A DNA stretch of 64,000 bases from Leucoraja ocellata (taxonomy: Eukaryota), in NCBI GenBank assembly GCA_036785375.1, contig JAWMAR010000191.1, forward strand, positions 2,170,001-2,234,000, written 5' to 3'. Every line of letters starts with the position of its first letter. The first letter of the stretch is position 1. This document shows positions 24,190 to 36,782 of this stretch, one piece after another. Under the pieces are notes generated by a model. That model saw only the letters and a list, made by a program, of their open reading frames with translations, did no database searches and had not been told where the DNA came from. The position numbers and the translations under genes were made by a program.

Positions 24190-25400
24190 TATGTCCAATT
24201 TCAACAGAAGGCCCCTGGTGGAATGCACCCCCCCCCCCCCCAACACCACCCCCACACCCCCACCACCCCCACCACCAGTCACAGATGCACCAGTTCCAAT
24301 GGTTACTGAGGCAGGCTTAAGATCAGCCTTCCTGAGAGTGAATCCACAGAAAACAACCGGCCCGGATTGAGTCCATGGCCACATGGTGAGGACCTGTGCG
24401 GATCAGCTGGCAGAGGTATTCACGGACATCCTTGCCTTCCCACCACTCCAATCTGAAGAGCCCACCTGCTTCAAAAAGACCACTTACATCCCGTTGCTGA
24501 GGGAAAGTATGATAAGTATGCTTAATGACCACTGTCCAGTGACTCTGAGATCCATCATCATGAAGTGCTTCGAGCAACTGGCAATTATAAGCCAGCACAA
24601 ATTAAGTCATCTCTGGAGCAACAAGGACTTCTACATCAGACTCCTATTTATTGACTCAGCGGGACAGGCAGCATCTCTGGAGAGAAGGAATGGGATGCTC
24701 GACCACAGATGCTGCCTGTCCCGCTGAGTTACTCCAGCATTTTTTGACTACCTTCGATTTAAACCAGCATCATGCAGTTCTTTCCTACACACTTCCTATT
24801 TGACTATAGCTCTGCCTTCAACACTGTAATCCCATCTAAATTCATCTCCAAACTCCATGATCATGGAATCAGCTCTCCCTTCTGACACTGGATCCTCGAC
24901 TTTCTGATCCACTGACCTCAATCGGTGAGGATATGTTACCGCACCATCTCCACATTAAATCTCAACACATTAAATGCCCCACAAGGATATCTTCTCAGTA
25001 CAATGACAAGACGGAGTGCAGGAAGGAGACGGAGAACTTAGTAATATGGTGTCAGGACAACATGCTCTCCCTCAATGTCTGCAAAATGAAAGATCAAGTT
25101 ATTGACTTCAGGAATAATGATGGAGTACATGCCCCAAACAGCATCCATGGTACTGATGTCTGAAATGGTTGAGAGCTTCAAGTTTCTTGGCGTTAATATC
25201 AGCAATGATCTATCATGGGCCAACCACATTGATATGACAACCAAGAAGACACACACACATCTACTTCCTCAGGAGAGTGAGGAAACTCAGCATGTCTCCT
25301 ATGACCCATACAGATGCACTGTAGAAAACATACTGTCGGGTTGTGTTTGGCAACACCCCTGATTTACACCAACACCTCCACTTCCTGAGGAGACTGAGGC
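24190..25400 (+). mobile_element. Rex1/Babar-type LINE RT fragments with a nested Penelope-related insert
   Basis: Peptides RVNPQKTTGPD, TCADQLAEVFTDI, IMKCFEQL, RLLFID..SSAFNT, WCQDNMLSLNV and FKFLGVNISNDLSW. The insert is at about 24654-24792. Confidence 0.85.
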
Positions 25401-26030
25401 AATACCTACCACTCTGCCTTCATCAATTCTCCTAGTTACCACCCCTAAAATACCAATTGCTTTGTTCAGACATGATCTTCCCTGTACAAAGCCACGCTCA
25501 GTTCCCCTAATCTATCCTTCCTTTTCAAGTGAACATGAATACTGTCCCTCACAATCTTTTCACAATCTTCTCCAACTATTTCCCTACCACTGATGTGAAG
25601 CTCACCAGCCTACACCTTCCAGGCTTACCCCTATTGCCCCTTCTGAAAAAGGGAACACCATTACGAAGAAACTAGCTACAAGTCTTTGGAAGCTTTGTCT
25701 CAGGAAGCTGTGGAGGCTGACCTTCTAATCAAAGATAACCTTGTTATTTAATCATAAGAGAATCAGGGGATTTGAGTTTTGGAAGCAGAAATGGACGTGG
25801 GAAGTTGGGTGAGTCACAATCTAATTGAATGCTCCAGCAGGCTCAAAGGGCTGAGAGAGTTCCCGTTTCTAATAATCTTATGCATTAAAAACAGTTTGCT
25901 GCATAACAAGGTACCCTACATTTAATACCATTGTCACATTTTTTTGAGCTTCATCATTGCAAATTTATCAACATCAAATTCTTTGTTGTAGCTTCTGCTG
26001 TTTCCCTGGGAATGGTCTGGCTAATCTAAC

Positions 26031-26162
26031 CAGTCTGAAGAAGGGTATCGACTAGAAATGTCGCCTATCGATGTTCTTCAGAGATGCTGCCTGGCCCGCT
26101 GAATTACCCCAGCACTCTTGTGTTTTTTTTTTTTGTTGTAAACCAGCACCTGCAGTTCCTTG
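26031..26162 (+). mobile_element. Penelope-related short repeat just upstream of the CELF4 exon
   Basis: cagtctgaagaagggtatcgactagaaatgtc...ccagcacctgcagttcct. Confidence 0.7.
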
Positions 26163-26241
26163 CATCCGCTGCAAAAGTGAAATATTTTTGCTCGATATGG
26201 TCGTAGCTTGAGATGCATGATTTGCTGTGTATGTGTTTCAG

Positions 26242-26391
26242 GCGGGAGCACACCTCCTGGTATCACCGCACCAGCCGTGCCTAGCATTCCTTCTCCAATT
26301 GGAGTAAATGGATTTACCGGCCTCCCCCCACAGGCTAATGGACAGCCCACAGCAGAAGCCGTCTTTGCCAATGGAATCCATCCCTACCCAG
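26242..26391 (+). CDS. CELF4: CELF4 next internal coding exon, 150 nt
   Basis: Acceptor tgtgtttcAG (26240-26241) and donor CAG|gtacac. The phase-1 join G+GC continues the previous exon: [50 protein letters not shown], matching CELF4. Confidence 0.93.
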
Positions 26392-26989
26392 GTACACATT
26401 TACTGTCTTCATATACGTTGTACTGAGAGTGGTAGACACAGGGACAAACTCATTTGCTCAGATTCGGGAAAAGACTGTTTTGTCAGCTTTCCAGGTGTGT
26501 GCATGGCAGAGGGAATATTTGGTGTTTATTCTGACCAGACACTGGAATTACCTCTATGGCTCTGCATCACACATCTTCAAGATTTAGTTCGTTCACTGTC
26601 ACTGAGAGATTGTGAAATGTTTAACAGCAACTGCTATCCCAAATAAATCGTTTAATCAGAGCATTATGAATATAAATTTATTCTGCCCACAAAAAGACAC
26701 ATTATGACAGCATAATAAATATGGATTGATATCTTAGATACGTTAAAAAACGCAGCCAATTTTTTAACCAGTTTTTAACAAGGCAGATGAAGTTATGAGT
26801 AGTGTTAACACTAGAAGTCATGACCAAAAGAACAACAAGAATGGACAGTATTCCTGGACCATGGAATGGACAGCATTCCATAGTCAAATTTATATCAAGA
26901 AACCTGTAACTGAAAGGTTAACTTGTTTCTTTTCTCCTTTCAAATATTGAGCCAACTACACTATTTACGCTCCATGTCAAAACGTGCTT

Positions 26990-27370
26990 TAATTTACTTA
27001 GCATCTTTGCATGACTTCAGACGCCCTGAAGCCCACACAGATAATTAAGTATATTTTTACTGTGGGAGACGCAACAGCTAATGTGCACACTGCAATTCTA
27101 TACAATTAGTTGAGGATAAATGCTGGCCGGACATTGGAGAGAACCACCCCGTTGTTTTTTAAACTAGTGACATCCAATCTTTTACCACCACCATAGGAGA
27201 GAGCTGCTCTTAGTTTGACATCACTCATCTGAAAGGCAATAGTTCCAACTTGCAACATGGCTTATTATTGGACTGCCATGTACTTTGTGTCAACCCAAAT
27301 CCTGTACTTAAGTGGGTCAGAACCATCAACCTTCAGAGACATGAATAATAATGCTATTCCTGAGACATGG
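26990..27370 (-). mobile_element. Probable ancient DeuSINE (SacSINE1/AmnSINE-like) relic
   Basis: Degenerate segments (cagctaatgtgcacactgcaa; tagtttgacatcactcatctgaaagg) resemble the DeuSINE consensus as I recall it, and resemble 53540-54040. Confidence 0.4.
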
Positions 27371-27949
27371 CGAACATATTACTGTTGTTTGGCTCAACAC
27401 ATATTAATTTTGAAAAAACAGAGTCGTTGTGAGATAATTAGTACATTTCATCTGGATAATATCCTTGGAGTGCTGGAAAATTCCTTGTAATGCAAGTACT
27501 AAGGGGACAAAGCAGTGCAATTTGTTAGCAAATAGTCCTTTACTTCCTAAATTTGCCATCTAAACACATCCATCTGGAGAAATGGAATGTGTCTTATCTG
27601 CAAAAAAGTACTGGCTGTGAGCCCAGAAATGGGATTACATAACACTGTTTTATTCAGTGCTATATGATTAAAAAATGATTTAATTTGGAGAATACATCAT
27701 TTACAACCATTTTTGCCAGGCTCCAATCTCTCCTTAAACCACACTAGTGTTGACAACTCATGCCCAATTTCCCATCCCTTGCAGCACATATGCATGCCTG
27801 TTTACTTTCACCACCCACACCATACAAGAACCCAGCAGATGAAGAATGCTGGAGTGAAGTGTTGAGGGAATCCCACCGATGTTGGTGAGTCAACAGTCCA
27901 AGATCCTTCCACTCTACCCCATTAGCCATAGGTGCACTTGAGTCCGTGA

Positions 27950-28172
27950 CCACCCTTGTTTGATCATCATTGGCTTTGATCTGTTCTTTTCACACTTTAC
28001 GTGTTCTCTATACCATTCCATATCTTGTTTCCCTCTCTCCAGTCTGAAGAAGGGTCCCAACCCGAAACGTCACCCATTCCTTCGCTGCAGAGATGCTGCC
28101 TGTCCCACTGAGTTCCTCCAGCATTTCATGTCTATCTTCAGTGTAAGCCACCACCTGTAGTTCATTCCTACA
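27950..28172 (+). mobile_element. Penelope-like pseudo-LTR fragment
   Basis: Pyrimidine-rich leader, then the hammerhead motif, then agagatgctgcctgtccc...tgtagttc. Confidence 0.7.
28044..28071 (+). ncRNA. Minimal hammerhead ribozyme motif, sense to CELF4 pre-mRNA
   Basis: CUGAAGA-A-GGGU-CCCA-ACCC-GAAAC-GUC with an intact core. Confidence 0.6.
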
Positions 28173-28297
28173 CCCTGCAAATCTGACATTGAGGAAGGAT
28201 TACTCTGGAATAACACAGTTTTGATTCCATTAATGCCCAGACAGTCTCAGTTGTAACTGACTTTTGATATGGTGGGACAACCATCAGACCACTAAAT

Positions 28298-29110
28298 GGT
28301 CATAGAATCACACAGCACAGAAACATGCCCCTCAAAACAACTCGTCCATGCCGACCAAGATGCCTCATGCCAACACATGCCAACTAAGATGTCCATATCC
28401 CTCCAAACCTTTCCTATAAAGGTACCTGTCCAGGTGTTATTTGAATGCTGTTATAGTACCTACCTCAACTACCCCCTCTGGCAGCTCATTCCATATATCC
28501 TCCATCCTCAGAGCGAAAAAAAATTCCCCTGAGGTTTGTATTAAATCTTGCCCTTCTCATCTTATACCTATGTCCTCTCATTCATGATTCTCCTGTTCAG
28601 CATAACAAAACTTTGTATTCCCCTCGTGATTTTTATACACCTCGATAACATCACTTCTCAGCGTCCTGAGCTCCAAGGAAGTAACTTGCTCAACCTCACC
28701 CTACAGGTCAGGCACCATCCTCATATATCTTCTCTTTACCCTTTCCAGTTTAATGACATCCTTCCTCCAGCAGTGCGACCAAAATTGAACACGGTACTCC
28801 AAATGTGACTTCACCAACATCATAACATAACACCCTAACCTCTGTACTCAATACCCTGACTGATGAAGGCCATTGTACCAACAATCTTCTTTCCCACCCT
28901 ATCTACCTATGACTCTACTTTCTGGGAACTATCTACATGTATTCCCTCTACTCTACAACATTCTAAAGGATCTTACCATTCACTGTGAAGATCTTACTCT
29001 GGTTCCTGCAATTTCTTCTCTAGCTTACCACAGCATCCCAGAATATTTCTGAACTAGCCCTGGGGGATTTATCTACCTTCATACACCCTAGAACGTCTAG
29101 TACCTCCTCA
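28298..29110 (-). mobile_element. Degenerate CR1 LINE 3' region
   Basis: gtcatagaatcacacagcacagaaac tail and gaccaaaattgaacacggtactccaaatg (HLEYRVQFW on -). Confidence 0.75.
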
Positions 29111-29509
29111 ACCATAATATTGTCTGTCTTTGAGACATCTCTATTAACAGTCCCAAATTCCCTAGTTTTTCTCCACTATACCTTCACCATTATGTACGCA
29201 TTGTGTTTTCTAGTTTCATCATCTCCAACCTACTTCCTGAAGGAAGTAAATTTGTTGCACAGAGTAATTGAGGTTTAAAGATTGGCACAAATTGATTCTC
29301 GCTCGCTCTCAATGAAATAATAGGATAATGATGTCTGAATTGCTCTGAGATGTTAGCTTTGGAATAAATGTAAATTTCAAGGCCTGGATTTTACTGAGTG
29401 AAAAATGCAGCTTGCAGTTGTTGCTGAACTTGTTGAGATCATAAACATACCAGAATGGGAAACCTTTCTGACCCAGACTGCCCTGGAGCTGAGCAATAGG
29501 GACATGTCC

Positions 29510-29832
29510 CTTGCCTAGAGTAAGGGGATTGAGGACCAGAGAACATAGGTCCAAAGTGAAGGGGAAAAGATTTAATAGGAATCCGAGGGGTAACTATTTC
29601 ACACAAAGGGTGGTGGGTGTATGGAACAAGCTTCCAGAGAAGGTAGTTGAGGCTGGGACAATCCCAACGTTTAAGAAACAGTCAGACAGGTACATGGACA
29701 GGACAAGTTTGGAGGGATATGGACTAAAAGCAGGCTTGTGAGACTAGTGTAGATGGGACATGGTGGCTGGTGTGGGCAAGTTGGGCCGAAGGCCTTGTTT
29801 GCACACTGTTTCACTCTCTGACTCTCTGACTA
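29510..29832 (+). mobile_element. CR1 3' fragment
   Basis: ORF 29511-29741 ...FTQRVVGVWNKLPEKVVEAGT..., with an (actctctg)n tail. Confidence 0.85.
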
Positions 29833-29929
29833 TGCCTGATGTGACTGAGGCATGGGGCAGACCAGTCTATTTCACTGTCATGAATTCTCTCTGAAAAGCT
29901 TTGATTGAGAGCAAGCATGGTGGGTTATA

Positions 29930-30255
29930 AGATCATGTGATAGGAGCAGAATTAGGCCATTCTGCCCATCAAATATACTCTGCCATTCAATCATGGCTGA
30001 TCTATCTCTCTCTCCCAACCCCATTCTCCTGCCTTCTCCCCACAACCCCTGACACCCATACTAATCAAGAATCTATCTATCTCTGAGATAAGAAATATCC
30101 ATTGACTTGGCCTCCATGGCCTTCTGCGGCAAATAATCCCACAGATTCACCGCCCTCTGACTAAAGAAATTTCTTCTTCTCTTTCCTAAAGGAACTTCCT
30201 TGAATTCTGAGGCTATGACCTAGTCCCAGACTCTCCCACTAGTTGAAACATCATC
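29930..30255 (-). mobile_element. CR1 3' fragment
   Basis: gataggagcagaattaggccatt...cagactctcccactagt, similar to 39300-39670. Confidence 0.8.
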
Positions 30256-31057
30256 TCCACATGGGGATAACAATAAGAGGACAAACTGGGTCGGATAAGC
30301 TCTTGGAGGGGAGAGGAGGTGGAGAAAGAAAGGGAGAGGAAGAGGTGCAAGGAGAGACGAGCACCCTGCAAATCTGTGATCCATGATCCAGATCCCTCCA
30401 TTCCCTGTATATCCATGTCCCTATCTAAAAGCCTCCTAAACACCACCATCTTATCTGCCTACACCAGCAGCCATGGCAGTGTGTTCAAGGCAACCATACA
30501 TTACGTGAAAAGATGAGTGCACTCCTTACACATAAAGTGTAAAATAATGTGCCACTCAGCTCCTTTAAACATTGCCTCTCTTGCCTTAAAGCTATGCCCT
30601 CAAGTTTGTGTCTTGTCACTAAACAATGTGTGAGATTATATGCTTCAGTAAACATCATCACAGAAATAAAAACAGAACAATCTGGAGATAGAAGGTCAAA
30701 CGGTATCTGTGGAGAGAAAAACGTATTTAACAATTCAGGTCGATGATCTTTCATCAGGTTTCAAACATCTGCAGTTTTATGCTCCCCAATAACTCCACTG
30801 AAATTCGCCATCTGCTGCCATTTACAGCTCAGCTACAAACTCAGAGCTTCGTACAATAACTGTGACAGAGCCCATGACTCTCTCTTCAGTCAGCCACATC
30901 TTCTATTTACCACCAGTGTTTCACAGTGGCCTTTATTCAATGATACCCTCTATCTGAAGGAAAGTTCAGTGGAGTTCACTTTTTATGGAGTCCTGACTAG
31001 ATTTCACCCTTTTTGCCAAATAGCAGCCGGTTTCATGGCATTGCACATTTTACTTTA

Positions 31058-31745
31058 GTAACTTGACTTCAGAGATACAGTGCGGTAACAAGCCCTTCAG
31101 CCCAACGAGTCCACGCCCACCAGCGATCACCCCGCATCACAATAGCGCAATCCTACACCAAGGGATAATTTACAATTTACATAAGCCAATTAACATACAA
31201 ACTTGTACATCTTATAGAAACTTACAAAATTCTTAAGGGGTTGGACAGGCTAGATGCAGGAAGATTGTTCCCGATGTTGGAGAAGTCCAGAACAAGGGGG
31301 TCACAGTTTAAGGTTAAGGGGGAAATATTTTAGGACCGAGATGAGAAAAACATTTTTCACACAGAGAGTGGTGAATCTCTGGAATTCTCTGCCACAGAAG
31401 GTAGTTGAGGCCAGTTCATTGGCTATATTTGAGAGGGAGTTAGATGTGGCCCTTGTGGCTAAAGGGATCAGGGGGTATGGAGAGAAGGCAGGTACGGGAT
31501 ACTGAGTTGGATGGTCAGCCATGATCATATTGAATGGCGGTGCAGGCTCGAAGGGCCGTATGGCCTACTCCTGCACCTATTTTCTATGTTTCTATGTCTT
31601 TGGAGTTTGGGGGGGTATCTGGAGCACCTGGAAAAAAACCATGCGCTCACAGGGAGAATGTACAAATTCTGTACATACAGTCAGGATCGAACCTGGGTCT
31701 CTGGTGCTGTAAGGCAGCAACACTACTGCTGTGCCACTGTGCTCC
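31058..31745 (-). mobile_element. V-SINE split by a nested CR1 3' fragment
   Basis: SINE tail at 31058-31212 and SINE head/V-domain at 31597-31745. Confidence 0.75.
31209..31597 (+). mobile_element. Young CR1 3' fragment nested in a V-SINE
   Basis: ORF remnant ...FFTQRVVNLWNSLPQKVVEASSLAIFERELD...GTGY and a (ctatgttt)n tail. Confidence 0.9.
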
Positions 31746-32555
31746 CCTGCACTTGATCACCATGCAGACAGTGTACGCAGCACTTGACCTGGACTGGGGA
31801 GGATTCCATTCTCTCAATATCTAGCAAATGTGCCACCTTGGGAAGAAGATGTCCTGAAAATCACAATGCCCTCATTCTACAGCACTCCAAATGTCATCTG
31901 CATCTGAGCTTTCAAGACGATGCAAATGATGGCTATTACTTAGTGGTGGATGGTTACATAAAACATAGAATAGACAAAGACAGGAACACGCCCTTCAGCC
32001 CACAATGTCTGTGCCAAACATGATGCCAGGATTAAGGAATTTAATCTGCTTGCACATGATCCATATCCATTCCCTGCATATCCATGGTGCCTCTCTTAAA
32101 CACCACTATCATATCTACCACACACACCACACTCCACCTGCAGCCCTGACTGCACATTCCGACTGCCCACCACTCTCCGTGCATAATAACAACTTTAAGC
32201 ATTGCCCTTCTTATCTTAAGGCTATGCCTTGTAGTTTTTTTTTACATTTTCACCCTCAGAGGAAGGATCTGATGTTCTACTTTATCTTTCAGGGCACTAA
32301 CTCCTCAAAGAGCAAACCATAAATGTCAATGGAACAATGCTTAGATTAGCTCATATTTGCTTATGGCAATGAAAGAGAGTATTCAGTCCACTGAATCTAT
32401 ACTGGACCTTATGATGCTCCCATCAGTTCCATGTCTGCTTATTTCAAGGGAATGGGAGTGCAGGGAATGGAGGGATGTAGATCATGTGCAGACAGATGAG
32501 ATCAGTTTAACTTGGCACCATGTTCGGCACAAACCTTGTGGGCCAAAGAGGTTCT

Positions 32556-32934
32556 AACTTACAAAATTCTTAAGGGGTTGGACAGGCTAGATGCAGGAAG
32601 ATTGTTCCCGATGTTGGGGAAGTCCAGGACAAGGGGTCACAGCTTAAGGATAAGGGGGAAATCCTTTAAAACCAAGATGAGAAAATCTTTTTTCACACAG
32701 AGAGTGGTGAATCTCTGGAACTCTCTGCCACAGAGGGTAGTTGAGGCCAGTTCATTGGCTATATTTAAGAGGGAGTTAGATGTGGCCCTTGTGGCTAAGG
32801 GGATCAGAGGGTATGGAGAGAAGGCAGGTATGGGATACTGAGTTGGATGATCAGCCATGATCATATTGAATGGTGGTGCAGGCTCGAAGGGCCGAATGGC
32901 CTACTCCTGCACCTATTTTCTATGTTTCTATGTT
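32556..32934 (+). mobile_element. Young CR1 3' fragment nested in an older CR1-type tail
   Basis: ORF 32512-32841 TYKILKGLDRLDAGRLFPMLGKSRTRGHSL..., nearly identical to 31209-31597. Confidence 0.9.
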
Positions 32935-33199
32935 CCTGTGCAGTACTGTTCTATGATCTATGTTAGGAGTTTCCACATTGGTTGCCTTTGCCTGCTCCTG
33001 GTGCTCCTAGATTGTGTTTCCCTGTAAACATGGTGCCACTGGTGGGATGGCACTGACGTCCAGTGGAGGAAACAGCAGATGGTATTGGAGGATAATCACA
33101 AGCAGAACTGAGGCTGGAAGGCCTGGTTTAGCATGGGTGGGAGCCACAGCAAGGGCACTGGTGAAGTAAGGATGCCAGAACTAAAACACTTTAACAGTT

Positions 33200-33410
33200 T
33201 ATTTTATTGTCAAATGTACCGAGGTACAGTGAAAATCTTTTGTTGCGTGCTTTTCAATCAGCAAAAACACAATACATAATTACAATTGAGCCATTTACAG
33301 TGTATAGATAGATACACGATAAGGGAATAACATTTAGTGCAAGGTAACGCCAGCAAAGTCCAATCAACAATAGTCCGAGGGTCACCAGAGGTAGATAGTA
33401 GTTCAAAAAT
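33200..33410 (-). mobile_element. Rex1/Babar-associated 3'UTR repeat
   Basis: ttattgtca..tgtaccgaggtacagtgaaaa...gattacaat; also present at 44290-44570 (-) and 21965-22065 (+). Confidence 0.55.
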
Positions 33411-33440
33411 GGTGAGAATTTTGACTGAATTGCTGCTTAA

Positions 33441-33731
33441 TGGACCTGTCCCACTTACACAACTTTGCTGTAACATGGTGAAAATTTAGTGGCGACCAGA
33501 AAGACGCTACAACTCTTTGGGCGACTGAGGAGACTACTCACAACCATACAGGCGACATCCTGGCGACATGTCGCGGGGTGAAGCCTGTATAGTCGTGAGT
33601 AGTCGCCCAAAGAGTCGTACCTTGTTCTGGTCGCTGCTGGATTTTCAACATTGAAATTTTTCAGCGACCTGCAACGACCTATGACGGGTGCCGGCAGTCG
33701 CCGAAAAAGTCGCGTATGTGGGACAAGCCCA
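33441..33731. mobile_element. PIF/Harbinger-type MITE
   Basis: TIRs tggacctgtcccacttac / gtatgtgggacaagccca, a TAA TSD at 33438-33440 and 33732-33734, and internal cgac/gtcg sub-palindromes. Confidence 0.8.
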
Positions 33732-34203
33732 TAAGGGAGGGTCAATTTAGATAAAACAAATATTGTAGATAAAACAAACGTAACAAACAAAGGTTCTTTG
33801 GAGTGAGTTAGGAAATGAGCAAGTTAGGCAGGAAAAGAGGCTGTAAAAATGAGAAGGCAGTGAATTTATTTATAAATTAACTTTATTAGTTATTTGTGGG
33901 GCAGTGGACCTTCAGAAAGATTCCCATCACTAAATGTGAGAAATCATTTTATTAGCAATTAAAAGGAATGCCATTTTTCTTTTTTTTTAAAGAAATTACT
34001 TATGTTAATGGAAAAAGATGTTGAGCTATAGATTAATTAATGCCAACGTCCAAGAGGGCAAGACATAGACATAAAGCTGCAGATTTTGAGAGAAAGGGAA
34101 AAGAGGAGACCACTGTTTGTATCAATAGAATGGGATGTGCCTGATTATAACATTACAGAAGGTGACTCTGCTGCTCCCTAGTGGTGGCAACCATAAGAAA
34201 TGG

Positions 34204-34306
34204 AAAACGTTGCCTATTTCCTTCGCTCCATAGATGCTGTTGCACCCGCTGAGTTTCTCCAGCTTTTTTGTGTACCTTCGATTTTCCAGCATCTGCAGTT
34301 CCTTCA
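34204..34306 (+). mobile_element. Penelope-related short repeat truncated inside the hammerhead
   Basis: aaacgttgcctatttccttcgctccatagatgctg...ccagcatctgcagttccttc, near-identical to the reverse of 11064-11165. Confidence 0.75.
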
Positions 34307-35274
34307 TAAACAAAATATCTTGAACAGGTGTCATGCACCTTTTGTAATAAAACACAAAAGATGATGGAATATATATTATTATTAAAAAATATATAAACAA
34401 GCTTTACAGCTACCAGTGACTTCTCCAAGCTTCAAAGTCCTTACGTCACCAAAGTGTGTACTTTATTTCAAACTGCCTGTTACGTTTCCCTCGATATATT
34501 TAAAACCATGATCAAATCACTGTATAATGTGCTAAATTTCAGGAGATATATCATAGTTTTGAGACATTTCATCTTGCAACATAACTTTTGCACTTCAAGT
34601 ATAATTTTGATAAAGACACTGCATTTTCTCCAAGGCCAGTGTATCATTCAGAACAGCCTGCAAGCATTTGCATCAATTCTACAGCAACACATTACTACAC
34701 CCTTGCACACCCTCTAAATGTAAAGATACTTGCAATTAATTCTTATGTCTTTCCATGACATTTTAATCATCTCCACATGTGAATCGTCAATTTTTGGTGC
34801 ATCTCCTCTGTTACTAGCATCTCACTGTTTTAGAAAATAATTCTGTATTTTTCTTTTTAGATTCAAAGTAGATGACTTTATATCTACCTTCACTGAAAAC
34901 TTTCCCACCAGTTTCTCTATTCTATTAATGTTTCTTTATTATTTTATACATCTATCTAGATTCCCTAGCTACCTATTATCTATTTAATTACTGAACTTGG
35001 ATACCTGGGTTTCTACCCGTCATAGGGAGTGTATAAATACATTGGTTTTGGCCCCTTTAAAAAACATATTCTCCCTTAACTCCATTCTTTAGCAACCTGA
35101 GATAAAAATCATTTGGACCTGAACAAATGGGGTGCAGTTTGATTGCCAATATTTGTTACATTCTTGCTGTATATCCATTACATTTGTTACGTACTCATAT
35201 GACCATTATTTTTTTTGTAATTGTTATTGTCCCTATGTTAACCTTTATAAGTTTCTATCCCTGACGAACTAAGA

Positions 35275-35508
35275 CAGGGGTTCCCAACTATTTTCGTCCC
35301 GTTGACCCCATGCAACGTTAATAGCACATAACAATGTTATTTCACTTATTTATGAACAACTAATGATGAACAGATACCGGTATACCAGAACCAAACACAG
35401 TCAGTCAATGAGAAAAAATATGTACAAATTCAGAATCAACAAATTTACCCCTTGGGTAGGTGAAATTTACCCCCTGGAGGTAAATTTACCCCAGGTTGGG
35501 AACCCTTG
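35275..35508. mobile_element. hAT (Charlie-like) MITE
   Basis: TIRs caggggttcccaac / gttgggaacccttg, an 8-bp TSD aactaaga / gactaaga, and subterminal aaatttacccc repeats. Confidence 0.82.
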
Positions 35509-35704
35509 GACTAAGACCAAACTTGCTGGCAAATATTGATGTGTGTGTCCCCAACCACTGGCATTTCTTGGTGAAAATATCATCACAATCACAGATGACC
35601 CAAACATATTGGCCATTCTTAGCCAACTAAACTAGGTTCAGGATAGAGTCGGGGCAGTATAATTTGTACAGATTTTCCAAACAACCTGTAGTTGTTCAAT
35701 GAAG

Positions 35705-35890
35705 ACACAAAAAGTCTGCAGATGTTAGAATCTTGAAAAGCCAACTGCTGGAGGAACTCAATGGGTCAGGCAGCATCCATGAAGGATAATGGACAGTCGA
35801 TAATAGTATGAAAAGGGTCCTGACCCAAAACATCATTCATTTCCCTCCACAGATGCTGTCTGATCTGCTGAGTTCCCCCAGCTTTTTCGT
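35705..35890. mobile_element. Inverted pair of degenerate Penelope-related repeats
   Basis: ctgctggaggaactca..gggtcaggcagcatc followed by gatgctgtctgatctgctgagttccccca. Confidence 0.6.
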
Positions 35891-36142
35891 TTGCAGTCAT
35901 TGTCCAACATATACACTACTTATTTTTGTTTCTCTTGCCATCTTAATTCTGGCATTCATATGGTTTTCAAATGTAGAGAAAAGTTTGTTTGTTTTTATAA
36001 ATTTGATTATGACCTTTTCCACTGATTTGAGGACACATGATTAATGTCATTGGCAAAAGAAACAAAAGCAGCATTAAGAAAGAAATTAGTTATCAACAAG
36101 CATTTATCATGTGGACTGCGCAGGTTGCAGCTTTGAAAACAG

Positions 36143-36465
36143 GTGGCAGAGTAGCACAGTGGTAGAGTTGCTGCCTCACAGCACTAGAGGCCCAGGTTCA
36201 ATCCTGACCTCGGGTGCTGTCATTGTGGAGTTTGCACGTTCTCCCCGTGACCACATGGGTTTCCCCCGGTTGCTCTGGTTTCCTCCTACATCCCAAAGGC
36301 ATGCAGGTTTGTAGGTCAATTGGCCTTGGTAAATGGCACATAGTGAGTAGGGTATGAAAGGCAAATTGCATAGAACTAGTGTAACCGGGTGATCAATGGT
36401 GAACGTGGACTCGGTGGGCCGAAGGGCCTGTTTCCATGCTGTATCTCTAAACTAGACTAAACTAA
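36143..36465 (+). mobile_element. V-SINE (HE1-like)
   Basis: tRNA-like head, V-domain and (taaac)n-like tail. Confidence 0.85.
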
Positions 36466-36782
36466 ATGGATTAGTTAAATAAAAAAAGGAAATTGCAGGG
36501 CTAGGAGAAAAATGCAGGGCTGGGGATACTGTGGCAGGTTGCATTGTTCAGGCAGAGATGTGGCCCTGTAATACTGTTCCTCTGTGTTGCTGCTGTTCAA
36601 TGATTCTTTATCAGGGCTGTGTTGAACCTGTTTTTACACAATGCCATGTGTTTACCTTGGGAATTATTTCCTGATATGACTCTTAGGCGTATTATTGATA
36701 CACCCCCAGAGATTTTGTTGCAGAGGACATTTCGGACACCAAACACAATTGGGTCTTTTAGATTCTTGATTTTACACCAAGT

